Shown here one piece after another: positions 39,888 through 48,137 of a DNA stretch of 64,000 nucleotides. The translations under genes and the position numbers were made by a program. How positions within the stretch are numbered: the stretch's first letter is position 1; every line of letters begins with the position of its first letter. Source of the DNA: a virus. Lineage: Duplodnaviria; Caudoviricetes. The stretch spans positions 1 to 64,000 of IMG/VR virus record IMGVR_UViG_3300033518_000398. One strand, given 5' to 3'. A model generated the notes under the pieces. It worked only from the letters and a program-made list of their open reading frames with translations, did not search any database and was not told the origin of the DNA.

Positions 39888-40616
39888 TTACCTTCCTCCA
39901 GCACTCCTTGAACCAGAAGTACCTGTTGAACTTCCAGCACTTCTTGTTGGTTGTGAATAACTACGTGACGTTGTATTTGACGGTGCTCTTGTCGGTGCAG
40001 TACGAGAATATGAGGGAGCAGTTGAGGGTGCGGTTCTTGTTGGTGTATTATATGTACGTGATTGAGTATTTGATGTAGGTCTGGTTGTAGTATTTCTACT
40101 TCGAGTCACATCATTATTATATGTCGGACGTGTAGATGTTCGAGGTACAGTATAGGTTGGTTTATATTCTCTTGTATATGTTGGTTTTGATTTGATGTTA
40201 ACATGGTTTGAAACCACGTATCTATGTCCATAATAATGGTTAATATAATAGCTGTTACGACCCCAATATCCATAATAGTAGCTATTATAATATCTATTAT
40301 AGTAATATGGTGTATACCAATAATTATAATAAAAGGGGTCATAATGGAGACAATAGGGACGATATACATATCCAAATGTTAATAAAACCCGATAATTTGG
40401 TTGGTCATTGTCTTCATAATAGTTGTTAATTATAACGGGTTCAGATTTTTCTTTAACAATTATATAAACAGTATCTGTTTTTGTCGTGTCAGGAGTTCCA
40501 TATAATTCTTTATCTTTCTCAATACGATATTTTTCGTAATTTGAAAGTTCAGCTTCTTGTCCAATTAAAACAAATGCAAAGAGAATTGCGAGTAGTGTTA
40601 ATAGTATCTTTTTCAT
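39888..40616 (-). CDS. Secreted protein with Tyr-rich and Arg/Thr/Ser-rich low-complexity tail
   Basis: Signal peptide MKKILLTLLAILFAFVLIG. Confidence 0.7.
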   Translation of the reverse strand: MKKILLTLLAILFAFVLIGQEAELSNYEKYRIEKDKELYGTPDTTKTDTVYIIVKEKSEPVIINNYYEDNDQPNYRVLLTFGYVYRPYCLHYDPFYYNYWYTPYYYNRYYNSYYYGYWGRNSYYINHYYGHRYVVSNHVNIKSKPTYTREYKPTYTVPRTSTRPTYNNDVTRSRNTTTRPTSNTQSRTYNTPTRTAPSTAPSYSRTAPTRAPSNTTSRSYSQPTRSAGSSTGTSGSRSAGGR

Positions 40617-40698
40617 GACTTGTGTGTTTTTAATTAAAAGACAATTAACGTGCCAAAATTTTACATGAAAATCAACTATTTATAGTAAATTTCATTAC

Positions 40699-41184
40699 AT
40701 GAAAAAACAAGATAGCAAACAAAGACTTTTTGAAGTTATGGGAAGACTTGACAAAACATTCAAGTCTAAATTAAATGAAAATATGGGTGTAGCACTTAAT
40801 GAAGAAAGTAGACCATTATATGATATAGCTCAAGAAATATATCAAGACTGGAAACCAGTACATCCTTATGCAAAAGAATATCTTGATGCAATGTCAAGTC
40901 TATCGTCAATAAATGATAAATATATGTTTGATTCTGGAAGTGAGATTGTAGCACGTTTTCTTTCAAATGCAAGTCAATGGAAAGGCGAAACAGCTAAAAG
41001 AATAAAGACCGAACTAAAACAAATGTTGGGATTGAAAGAGGGTTATTATGATGATGAGGGTGATGACTCTGATGCTGGACATACAGTAAATGGTAAATTA
41101 TTATCTCCAGATGAATATAGGAAATGGAAAGAAGAAGAAGGAGAATATGATGACATGGATAAACTTAACAGACCAAGATATTGA
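40699..41184 (+). CDS. Late protein with the SKQRLFE...LNE leader
   Basis: MKKQDSKQRLFEVMGRLDKTFKSKLNE. Confidence 0.75.
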   Translation: MKKQDSKQRLFEVMGRLDKTFKSKLNENMGVALNEESRPLYDIAQEIYQDWKPVHPYAKEYLDAMSSLSSINDKYMFDSGSEIVARFLSNASQWKGETAKRIKTELKQMLGLKEGYYDDEGDDSDAGHTVNGKLLSPDEYRKWKEEEGEYDDMDKLNRPRY

Positions 41185-41240
41185 AATATCATTAAGAATT
41201 AATTTTAATAAGCATATTTATTGATTTTTTTTGGAAAATG

Positions 41241-41270
41241 TTTGTATTTATGAAAAATTGATTATCTTTG
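41241..41270 (+). promoter_or_regulatory. Bacteroidota-type promoter for leader 2
   Basis: TTTG 41241-44, 18-nt spacer, TATCTTTG 41263-70. Confidence 0.8.
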
Positions 41271-41295
41271 CAGAAGAAATTTAAAATTTAAAACA

Positions 41296-41385
41296 ATGAG
41301 AAATTTACTCGACATATTAATGGTAGCTTTGGAAGCAGTCCTATTATGGGCAGCAGATGAGGATAAAATACGTTCAGTCGGGTAA
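41296..41385 (+). CDS. Attenuator leader peptide 2 (Leu/Asp/Glu/Trp/Met-rich)
   Basis: MRNLLDILMVALEAVLLWAADEDKIRSVG*. Confidence 0.75.
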   Translation: MRNLLDILMVALEAVLLWAADEDKIRSVG

Positions 41386-41416
41386 TACAATATTACACAC
41401 TCCTTTCTTTAATAAG

Positions 41417-41451
41417 AAAAACCCGACTCTCCACAATAAGTCGGGTTTTTT
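41417..41451 (+). terminator. Attenuator 2 terminator
   Basis: AAAAACCCGACT / AGTCGGGTTTTT; 5' arm complementary to AGTCGGGT at 41376-83. Confidence 0.85.
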
Positions 41452-41465
41452 GTTTTAGTGTGTAG

Positions 41466-41477
41466 GTTCTTTGACAT
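41466..41477 (+). promoter_or_regulatory. boxA-like antitermination element
   Basis: GTTCTTTGACAT between the terminator and tRNA-Asp. Confidence 0.65.
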
Positions 41478-41488
41478 GTTGGAAATTT

Positions 41489-41559
41489 GGTCTATTGGGG
41501 TATGGGTATCCTTGGTGGTTGTCGCCCACCAGAAGCGAGTTCGAGTCTCGCATAGACCG
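41489..41559 (+). tRNA. tRNA-Asp(GTC)
   Basis: GGTGG-TT GTC GC-CCACC; G73. Confidence 0.85.
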
Positions 41560-41594
41560 CCTGACTTATTTTCTTTTTCTGTGTATTTATGTAT

Positions 41595-42308
41595 ATGGAA
41601 AAAGAAAATAAGTATTATTTGGTTTATAAAACAACCAATTTGAAAAATGGTAAGTTTTATATTGGTGTTCACGAAACATATAATCTCAATGACGGTTATT
41701 TGGGTTCTGGGAAAGTTCTTAGGAACAGCGTTTATTATCATGGGAAAGAAAATTTTAAAAGGGAAATTCTTGAATTCTGTGAAGATAAAAAAAGCATGTA
41801 TCAAAAAGAAAAGGAATTTGTTACTGAAGAACTGATAATGAATTCTAAATGTATGAATTTAGTTGTTGGTGGAATGGGATTCATTAATGATGAAAAACAT
41901 CGTGAGGTTTCACAATTAGGTGGTAATGCGACTTCATTGAAACTAAAAAATGACCCAGAATTTAGAAAGAGACATCAAAAAATTGTCTCGGAGAATATGA
42001 AAAAAGCGCATCAATTAGGAAAAATTATACCACCTGATTGGACTGGTAAAAAACATAAAGAAGAAACAAAAAGAAAAATCGGAATAAAAAATTCAATCAA
42101 ACAAAGTGGCATTAATAATTCACAATTTGGTACTTGTTGGATAACAAAAAACGGTAATGATAAAAAAATAAAAAAAGAATACCTTCAAGAATATCTTTCT
42201 GAAGGTTGGATTAAAGGTAGATATGCTCGGTTCGAATCCGATATGGGGTACAAAGTATATTCAATTTCACAGTGCTTTGGTGTGGTCATTACCTATTTTT
42301 TCAAGTAA
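41595..42308 (+). CDS. GIY-YIG homing endonuclease with NUMOD3-like motif
   Basis: YLVYKTTNLKNGKFYIGVH, YLGSG, WTGKKHKEETKRKIG; late motif at 41583. Confidence 0.85.
   Translation: MEKENKYYLVYKTTNLKNGKFYIGVHETYNLNDGYLGSGKVLRNSVYYHGKENFKREILEFCEDKKSMYQKEKEFVTEELIMNSKCMNLVVGGMGFINDEKHREVSQLGGNATSLKLKNDPEFRKRHQKIVSENMKKAHQLGKIIPPDWTGKKHKEETKRKIGIKNSIKQSGINNSQFGTCWITKNGNDKKIKKEYLQEYLSEGWIKGRYARFESDMGYKVYSISQCFGVVITYFFK
42225..42251 (+). pseudogene. 3' tRNA fragment (T-arm plus acceptor strand; Glu-like, identity unproven)
   Basis: TCGG-TTCGAAT-CCGA then TATGGGGTAC. Confidence 0.45.
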
Positions 42309-42371
42309 TAATTCATGTCTTTTAAATGATTATTTGAATATTTTTTGTATTTATGATAAACATAACAACCA

Positions 42372-42722
42372 ATGAAAATATTAATTGTTGATGATAATAC
42401 ATTAGTACACTATTTGATAAAAGCCATGATTGAAGCAATGATTGAAGAAAATGGTTTTGAATTGTTTGATGTATATAACGGTGAAGAAGCGGTTGATTTT
42501 GCATTAAATAATGAATTGGACTTGATTTTCATGGACATAATGATGCCAATATTAGATGGTATTGAAGCAACTAAAATAATAAAAAAATTCTCACCCAACA
42601 TACCAATAATATGTATTAGTGCATATCAACAGAATCAAGAGATATCTCGTTTATTTGATGACATAGTTCAAAAACCATTTGTAACTAAGCAAATAATAGG
42701 TAAAATTAAAAAATACGAATAA
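42372..42722 (+). CDS. Stand-alone CheY-like response-regulator receiver domain
   Basis: KILIVDD, DLIFMDIMMP.LDG, PIICISA, KPF. Confidence 0.9.
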   Translation: MKILIVDDNTLVHYLIKAMIEAMIEENGFELFDVYNGEEAVDFALNNELDLIFMDIMMPILDGIEATKIIKKFSPNIPIICISAYQQNQEISRLFDDIVQKPFVTKQIIGKIKKYE

Positions 42723-42751
42723 CATCCAGTATTTATGATAAACCTAAAGTT

Positions 42752-43270
42752 ATGGATTATCATATAATGTTATTTCTGACAATGATTGCAGTATTTGTTT
42801 CATATATTGCTGCAGTATGGATTAAATTTGGCGTACAGCCATCAATAAGTGCAAGTTATGATTGTTGGAAAGGTAATTGGCAATCATTATTCACTCTTTT
42901 CTGTTGGGGATTTGCATTTCCTGCAATGATTATTGGTGTAGAGGTAACACCATTGATGTTTTTCGCAACTGCTGGAATAATGTTCGTTGGTGCTGCATAT
43001 CAAATAAAAAATCCTTGGGTATATAAATATCACATGATATTTGCAGTATCAGGAATAATTTTCAGTCAATTAGCAATATATTTTGGTTATGATTTATTAT
43101 GGTTAAACATTGTGTCTGTTGCGTTAACCGCATTAATATTATTAGCTAAACAATTTCTGGGTTTAAAGAATCACTTCTGGTGGATGGAGTTAGTGTACTT
43201 TGCTGCAATAGTTTATGCTATGGGAACTAAGATTATTCCTCTACTGTATCTAACAACATTTTTATTTTAA
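42752..43270 (+). CDS. Multi-pass membrane protein
   Basis: About five hydrophobic segments; late motif at 42729. Confidence 0.75.
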   Translation: MDYHIMLFLTMIAVFVSYIAAVWIKFGVQPSISASYDCWKGNWQSLFTLFCWGFAFPAMIIGVEVTPLMFFATAGIMFVGAAYQIKNPWVYKYHMIFAVSGIIFSQLAIYFGYDLLWLNIVSVALTALILLAKQFLGLKNHFWWMELVYFAAIVYAMGTKIIPLLYLTTFLF

Positions 43271-43273
43271 TAT

Positions 43274-43344
43274 ACGTCTTTGGTGTAACGGTAGCACGAT
43301 TCTCTCCAAAAGAATTAGTACTTGTTCGAATCGAGTAAGACGTG
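43274..43344 (+). tRNA. tRNA-Trp(CCA)
   Basis: ATTCT-CT CCA AA-AGAAT; G73. Confidence 0.88.
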
Positions 43345-43388
43345 CAATATTAAAAACATGCATTTAAAATTAATCATTTATTTATTAA

Positions 43389-43697
43389 TTATAAAGTAAA
43401 ACCCTTGGTAGATTGCCTTTTACCATTCAATACATGATATGTTGTTGTTTCATCTAATTTATGTTTTTTACAAAAATTTTTAACTGACTTAAATTGATAT
43501 TTAATACCATTTCTATATAGAATATGTTCTTTATTGTTATATTTTATTCTATTTCTTAATTCGGTTAGTGTAAAATCATGTTTTTTAAAAACAGTCCAAT
43601 TTTTAAAAAATGTCATTTTAAGTTTTCTTAACATTAATGACATTAACATCTTATCATTTAAATTATTGTCTTTACAAAATTTGGAAAAATTATCCAC
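43389..43697 (-). CDS. Small NUMOD1/HTH-like protein (endonuclease-associated remnant)
   Basis: FKSVKNFCKKHKL...HVLNGKR; late motif at 43720. Confidence 0.5.
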   Translation of the reverse strand: MDNFSKFCKDNNLNDKMLMSLMLRKLKMTFFKNWTVFKKHDFTLTELRNRIKYNNKEHILYRNGIKYQFKSVKNFCKKHKLDETTTYHVLNGKRQSTKGFTL

Positions 43698-43820
43698 CCC
43701 ATAAAATTTATTCTTAGTTATAAATACGTAAATATTAACAAAAATTAAATAATATATAAAAACTTTGTTTGTTTTTATATATTATTTACATATCTTTGTA
43801 ATTATTAATAAATTCTTTAT

Positions 43821-44558
43821 ATGCTTATAATAAATCATAAGAAAAAGGATTATTATGATGGTGTTGCTGGTACTACTGGCATTGATAAGACCATTGTATA
43901 TCATCGTGAAGTAATTGAACTTGAAGAAGATAAACTACCCAAACAATTTAGAAGAAAAAGTAATTGGAGAAAAGAAGATATTAATCCATTACGTGAGTTG
44001 AGTACATTTAAGTTAAAAAAAGAATTTCATGATGTTTGTGAAGACTATTCATATTTTATAATTGGCTTTTGTGGTAAACTATATATAGGTTGGAAACTTT
44101 ATCGTGAGGAAATATTCCCATACATGGTCGATACTGAAATCACATTTGATTCCGAGTACATGAAATCTATTTTAGAACCAAAATCTTGGTATAATAATCT
44201 CGAAGATAATATTAATTATATTCAGAAGTTTGATGCGATTCAGATTTTCAGAGATTTAAAAACACCAGTTTTTGTATTTGATAATGATTATAGTAGAACA
44301 CAACTTGATACCAAACATTATTCGATTAGAAATTATAATCCGAAATTTTTCGTAAACCCAGTTCTAAAAGAGTATCAATTTTATAAAGTGTTTGAATCAT
44401 TTCAAGCTTTTCAAGAAATTCAGATGTTTCTTGGTGGTGTACTTGGTAGTGGTGAAAAAAACATTGTAGAAGTGGCTGATAAATATAAAATTACCCAGCA
44501 TGGGTTTGATAAATGGAGTTTTAGAAAAATGTCTGAAAATGGAAAAAGAACTACATAA
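43821..44558 (+). CDS. Hypothetical protein
   Basis: 245-aa ORF; promoter TTTG 43768 / TATCTTTG 43791. Confidence 0.75.
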   Translation: MLIINHKKKDYYDGVAGTTGIDKTIVYHREVIELEEDKLPKQFRRKSNWRKEDINPLRELSTFKLKKEFHDVCEDYSYFIIGFCGKLYIGWKLYREEIFPYMVDTEITFDSEYMKSILEPKSWYNNLEDNINYIQKFDAIQIFRDLKTPVFVFDNDYSRTQLDTKHYSIRNYNPKFFVNPVLKEYQFYKVFESFQAFQEIQMFLGGVLGSGEKNIVEVADKYKITQHGFDKWSFRKMSENGKRTT

Positions 44559-44823
44559 TATTTATATAATACCAGCAGTATTTGTTAGATACAGAGAAGA
44601 TGGCAACGTGATTTTAAGATGTTTACAGGGTAAAGAAACTGTTGACAGGGCATTTGAACCCAATTTAATAAAAGGTATTGAAAACCCAAAGTATTTATTG
44701 CTGGGAATCATGGCTGGTGTTGGATACATGCAGTTAAATGTTTGCGATGGTGAAGAGTTTGTGAATTTATTCATAAAAAAATGGAATGTGTTGTATCAGG
44801 ATGTTAATTATAAATTAAAATAG
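44500..44823 (+). CDS. Hypothetical protein (start uncertain)
   Basis: ORF following 43821-44558. Confidence 0.6.
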   Translation: MGLINGVLEKCLKMEKELHNIYIIPAVFVRYREDGNVILRCLQGKETVDRAFEPNLIKGIENPKYLLLGIMAGVGYMQLNVCDGEEFVNLFIKKWNVLYQDVNYKLK

Positions 44824-44918
44824 TGTTGCTAACCACTCTATAGGAGAACGTGACTTACGGACATTGAGTGATTAATGGTTTCAGTATGTAAGAAGCGCAC
44901 ACGATTTCCGCAACATTA
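44821..44918 (+). ncRNA. Candidate structured ncRNA
   Basis: 9-bp closing stem TAGTGTTGC/GCAACATTA; lies before boxA and tmRNA. Confidence 0.4.
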
Positions 44919-44938
44919 TTTTTGTTCATTGATATTAT

Positions 44939-45303
44939 GGGGGCGACTTGGATTTGATTAGATGTCAGATTGGTAAAGTAAGCAAGTCTTAGTTGAATCA
45001 GACTAAGTAAAAAAGGTTCAAAGCAGAAATGCAAACAATTTTTCAGAGGACATGATGTCCTTCTCAACTTCTGTAACAAGAGGTATCACCGTTTTCGAGA
45101 GTGCTGAACTCGAAATGGCTGCTTGAGAACAATAAACGGCAAAAACTTCTGGTGAAGTAAGTTATGAATAAGTTAGTAACGAATCCCGAAGCGAAACTAA
45201 TATTAAACTGTTATATTTTGCTGATTTAGAAAAATCGGATAAACTTGTAGAAAACCTATTAATCACATTTAAGACGAGGGTTCGAATCCCTCCGCTTCCA
45301 CCA
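44939..45303 (+). ncRNA. ssrA: tmRNA
   Basis: 5' GGGGGCGACTTGGATTTGA, G3.U70, 3' GGTTCGAATCCCTCCGCTTCCACCA; tag ORF 45031-45126 ending in MAA*. Confidence 0.92.
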
Positions 45304-45325
45304 ATTTATTTAAAATCAATTAGTT

Positions 45326-45754
45326 ATGAATTCGAAGTTTGAAGAAATGAGTAAGAAATTGCAAGAATTTCTTGACTCAGCAGAAGGTGATGAATATTTT
45401 GAAAAACTGGATAGAAAGAATAAAATTCAGGAAGGTCGTTATAGACGTTTCGAAAAATATCTTGAAACCCATGACTTTGATAAACTAATTTATCGTTTAA
45501 TTCTGGAACACGGTGAACAATGGCGTGAAAAATGTTATCATAATGGCTGTGAGGTTTATCCAAACAATAAACTACAATTTATCATTGACTACGTTTTTGA
45601 AACCTTTGAACCAATTAGTGTATCTCAAATCGAAACTATGTTTAATACCGACATCAGGTTCTTTAGAGGATATTTTTTCAGAATAATGCATGGACAGGGT
45701 TCTGTTTTTGATTTGTATAATGGTGACGATTTTAGGCATTTATTAAGTGCTTGA
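45326..45754 (+). CDS. Hypothetical protein
   Basis: 142-aa ORF. Confidence 0.7.
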   Translation: MNSKFEEMSKKLQEFLDSAEGDEYFEKLDRKNKIQEGRYRRFEKYLETHDFDKLIYRLILEHGEQWREKCYHNGCEVYPNNKLQFIIDYVFETFEPISVSQIETMFNTDIRFFRGYFFRIMHGQGSVFDLYNGDDFRHLLSA

Positions 45755-45757
45755 TTT

Positions 45758-45785
45758 GGCGGGATGGTGAAACTGGTAGACACGC
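45758..45785 (+). pseudogene. 5' fragment of a Leu-type tRNA
   Basis: GGCGGGATGGTGAAACTGGTAGACACGC (acceptor strand plus D-arm) with no further arms. Confidence 0.55.
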
Positions 45786-45831
45786 TGTAATCTTTTTCCT
45801 GAGTGTGTAGTATTTATGAAAAATAAATATT

Positions 45832-46298
45832 ATGCCGAAACAGATTAAAAGTAGAATTAATGATGAATATTTTATCTCAGTATGTAAATCATCAAAGACT
45901 ATGGCGCAAGCAGCAGCCACATTAAAGATACATTTCAATAGTTTTAGAAGACGTGCAATTATTTTAGAATGTTATAAAACAAATCAAAGTGGAAAGGGAA
46001 CGAGGAAAAGACCTTCGAAACTAATACCAATAGAAGATATAATATTTGAAAATAAACACCCTGAATATCAGACATTTAAATTAAAAAAAAATTAATTAAG
46101 GAAGGATATAAAAAAAATGAATGTGAAGAATGTGGACAAAAAGAAGTGTGGAACAATAATAAACTTGAAATGGAATTAGACCATATTGATGGCAATAGAA
46201 CAAATCATTTGTTGACGAATTTAAAAATGTTATGTCCTAATTGTCATAGTCAAACAAAAACATTTTGTGGTAAAAATAAAAATGGGGATGTGTTGTAA
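45832..46298 (+). pseudogene. HNH endonuclease split by a -1 frameshift in an A9 run (46083-46091)
   Basis: Second frame encodes CEECG...LDHIDGNRTNH..NLKMLCPNCHSQT; late motif at 45810. Confidence 0.8.
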
Positions 46299-46369
46299 CT
46301 GGTAGCCAAGACGGACTTAAAATTCGTTGTTCAGAAATGAACGTGTGGGTTCGACTCCCACCATCCCTA
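46284..46369 (+). tRNA. tRNA-Leu(TAA)
   Basis: ACGGA-CT TAA AA-TTCGT; long variable arm; A73. Confidence 0.88.
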
Positions 46370-46408
46370 CAAACACTATCGCTCTTTGACATATAGGAGA
46401 ATTTTATA

Positions 46409-46720
46409 ATGGATATACAATCATTTATTTTAGGAATGTGTGCTGTATTGGTAATTGCGTTAGTGATTGGCAGTGTAGTTGCACTTATTAGGGTGATAAA
46501 ATTGAAAAAACTTGTCGAATTATCAACAAGTACTGCCTTAAGACTCATAGAAGATGCTGGAAATGAAACCATAACTATGATTAATCAATTACGCACTGAA
46601 ATTGATGGTGTACATAGAGAAATCAATGAAGTGCGTAGAGAAATGGATTCGAGATACGATAAATTAAAATCAACGTTTTCTAAGGAAATTGAAAACGCAG
46701 TGAAACATAAAAATAATTAA
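46409..46720 (+). CDS. Membrane-anchored coiled-coil protein
   Basis: N-terminal TM segment followed by heptad-like region. Confidence 0.7.
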   Translation: MDIQSFILGMCAVLVIALVIGSVVALIRVIKLKKLVELSTSTALRLIEDAGNETITMINQLRTEIDGVHREINEVRREMDSRYDKLKSTFSKEIENAVKHKNN

Positions 46721-46764
46721 TATTAAAAGTTGTCAAGGTCGGTAGTGTTTTTTAAATAAAATGT

Positions 46765-47031
46765 ATGAAAGAAATTAAAGCAGCAATACGCAAAGAACTT
46801 CGTAAAGAATGTCGAGAAGAAGCACTAAAAATTCTTATACTCGGTGATGATAAAGACCGTGAGGATTTTCTTAAATATCATAATGAGGATAAGGGTAATA
46901 TTTGTTGTTTGGTTCTGGATTATGCTAAGAAAAAATTAATTGAAGCCAATAAGTGGGAATTTAATGCTGAAGACTGTTTTAATGACCCATTCAAACATTT
47001 TGAAGACGATGATACCATACGGGAAGAATAA
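46765..47031 (+). CDS. Hypothetical protein
   Basis: 88-aa ORF. Confidence 0.6.
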   Translation: MKEIKAAIRKELRKECREEALKILILGDDKDREDFLKYHNEDKGNICCLVLDYAKKKLIEANKWEFNAEDCFNDPFKHFEDDDTIREE

Positions 47032-47188
47032 AAAATTACATAAAAATTACACCGATTGTCATCCTAAAAAATTAGGAAAAGGTTGGGTGAATTGGTGGGA
47101 AGCAGAACTTGGTGGAATTGATAAGGGTAGTGAACGTCAAGAAGCTAAGAAAGAAATTAGAAAAGAACTCGATGAAAAAGTTAACTAA
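47009..47188 (+). CDS. Small basic protein
   Basis: MIPYGKNKKLHKNYTDCHPKKLGKGWVNWWE...SERQEAKKEI. Confidence 0.6.
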   Translation: MIPYGKNKKLHKNYTDCHPKKLGKGWVNWWEAELGGIDKGSERQEAKKEIRKELDEKVN

Positions 47189-47291
47189 AAACGATGATTG
47201 TGGGTGCGGTAGACCACTTAAAATAACTGACCCAAGAAGAAAAAAGGCTGGTATAAAAAAAACCACACCTAAAAGAAATACCCCCAGATGA
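47172..47291 (+). CDS. Small basic peptide
   Basis: MKKLTKNDDCGCGRPLKITDPRRKK; stop lies inside tRNA-Leu(CAA). Confidence 0.45.
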   Translation: MKKLTKNDDCGCGRPLKITDPRRKKAGIKKTTPKRNTPR

Positions 47292-47355
47292 TGTAACTGG
47301 CAAACGTGTTCGGCTCAAACCCGAAATTTTGTGGGTTCGAATCCCACTCTGGGGA
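47282..47355 (+). tRNA. tRNA-Leu(CAA) with short variable loop
   Basis: TTCGG-CT CAA AC-CCGAA; 5-nt variable loop ATTTT. Confidence 0.8.
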
Positions 47356-47433
47356 CATATGGCTCAACTAATATAGGTTTATGGCTCAATTTTGAGCTAT
47401 TTTGAGCTACAAAGAGTATTTATATTTGTGAAC

Positions 47434-47601
47434 ATGAAAGAAAAACTATTAAAAAAAAGAAACGAATTATTACAACGACTTGCAGATTTTATATACGAAA
47501 GACTGAATGCATCTAAAACTGAACAAGAGTTTAGTTTTTGGATGTGGCAGGGTTTAAGTCTGAATTATTGGTGTGTTGAACGTAAAATTTGGCTTAACTA
47601 A
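47434..47601 (+). CDS. Small hypothetical protein
   Basis: MKEKLLKKRNELLQRLADF...; late motif at 47416. Confidence 0.6.
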   Translation: MKEKLLKKRNELLQRLADFIYERLNASKTEQEFSFWMWQGLSLNYWCVERKIWLN

Positions 47602-47603
47602 TT

Positions 47604-47783
47604 ATGGTTAATAGAGAACGTGTAAAACAAATGTTAAGTCACTATAAAAAAAGACTAAAGAAATATGGTCTTAAAGAAAGTGACGGAAAAATGTATGCTT
47701 TCAGAACAACTGGAAGTCCTTGTAGTTGTCCAGCATGTAGTGGTAATAAATATAGTAGAAAACAAAAACATAAAAAGCTATGA
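47604..47783 (+). CDS. Small basic Zn-ribbon-like protein (absent from the ORF track)
   Basis: 59 aa, ...FRTTGSPCSCPACSGNKYSRKQKHKKL*. Confidence 0.6.
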   Translation: MVNRERVKQMLSHYKKRLKKYGLKESDGKMYAFRTTGSPCSCPACSGNKYSRKQKHKKL

Positions 47784-47832
47784 AAGAAAAATTTAAAGTC
47801 TTGTAAATTGCTCTAATGCAATTTCAAGACAG

Positions 47833-48126
47833 ATGACAAATAAAAAAATTGTAGACAAAACCACCAATCGTGGGGAATTCAATCGTGCGTATAAAAGGCA
47901 TCTTGAAAGCAAAGGTAAAATCCGTTGTACTTATTGTCGTTATCATCGTAATGAAAATGGTAAAGGCAGAGGATATTATGGTGGATATGATGATGACAAC
48001 ATCAAATACCCAAACTGGAAATTGGTTTCAAAACAACCAAAACAATGGATGAAAAAACCAATGAAAATCGTTGAACAACCTACACGTTGGTATGGTAGTC
48101 AAATTTATATCGACATCAAATGGTGA
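47833..48126 (+). CDS. Small basic protein
   Basis: RCTYCRYHRNEN...PNWKLVSKQPKQW. Confidence 0.65.
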   Translation: MTNKKIVDKTTNRGEFNRAYKRHLESKGKIRCTYCRYHRNENGKGRGYYGGYDDDNIKYPNWKLVSKQPKQWMKKPMKIVEQPTRWYGSQIYIDIKW

Positions 48127-48137
48127 TGTCGATAAAT

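Noticed and set aside
44855-45079. Minus-strand 74-aa ORF
   Set aside because: Antisense to tmRNA and the upstream structured RNA; no supporting signals.
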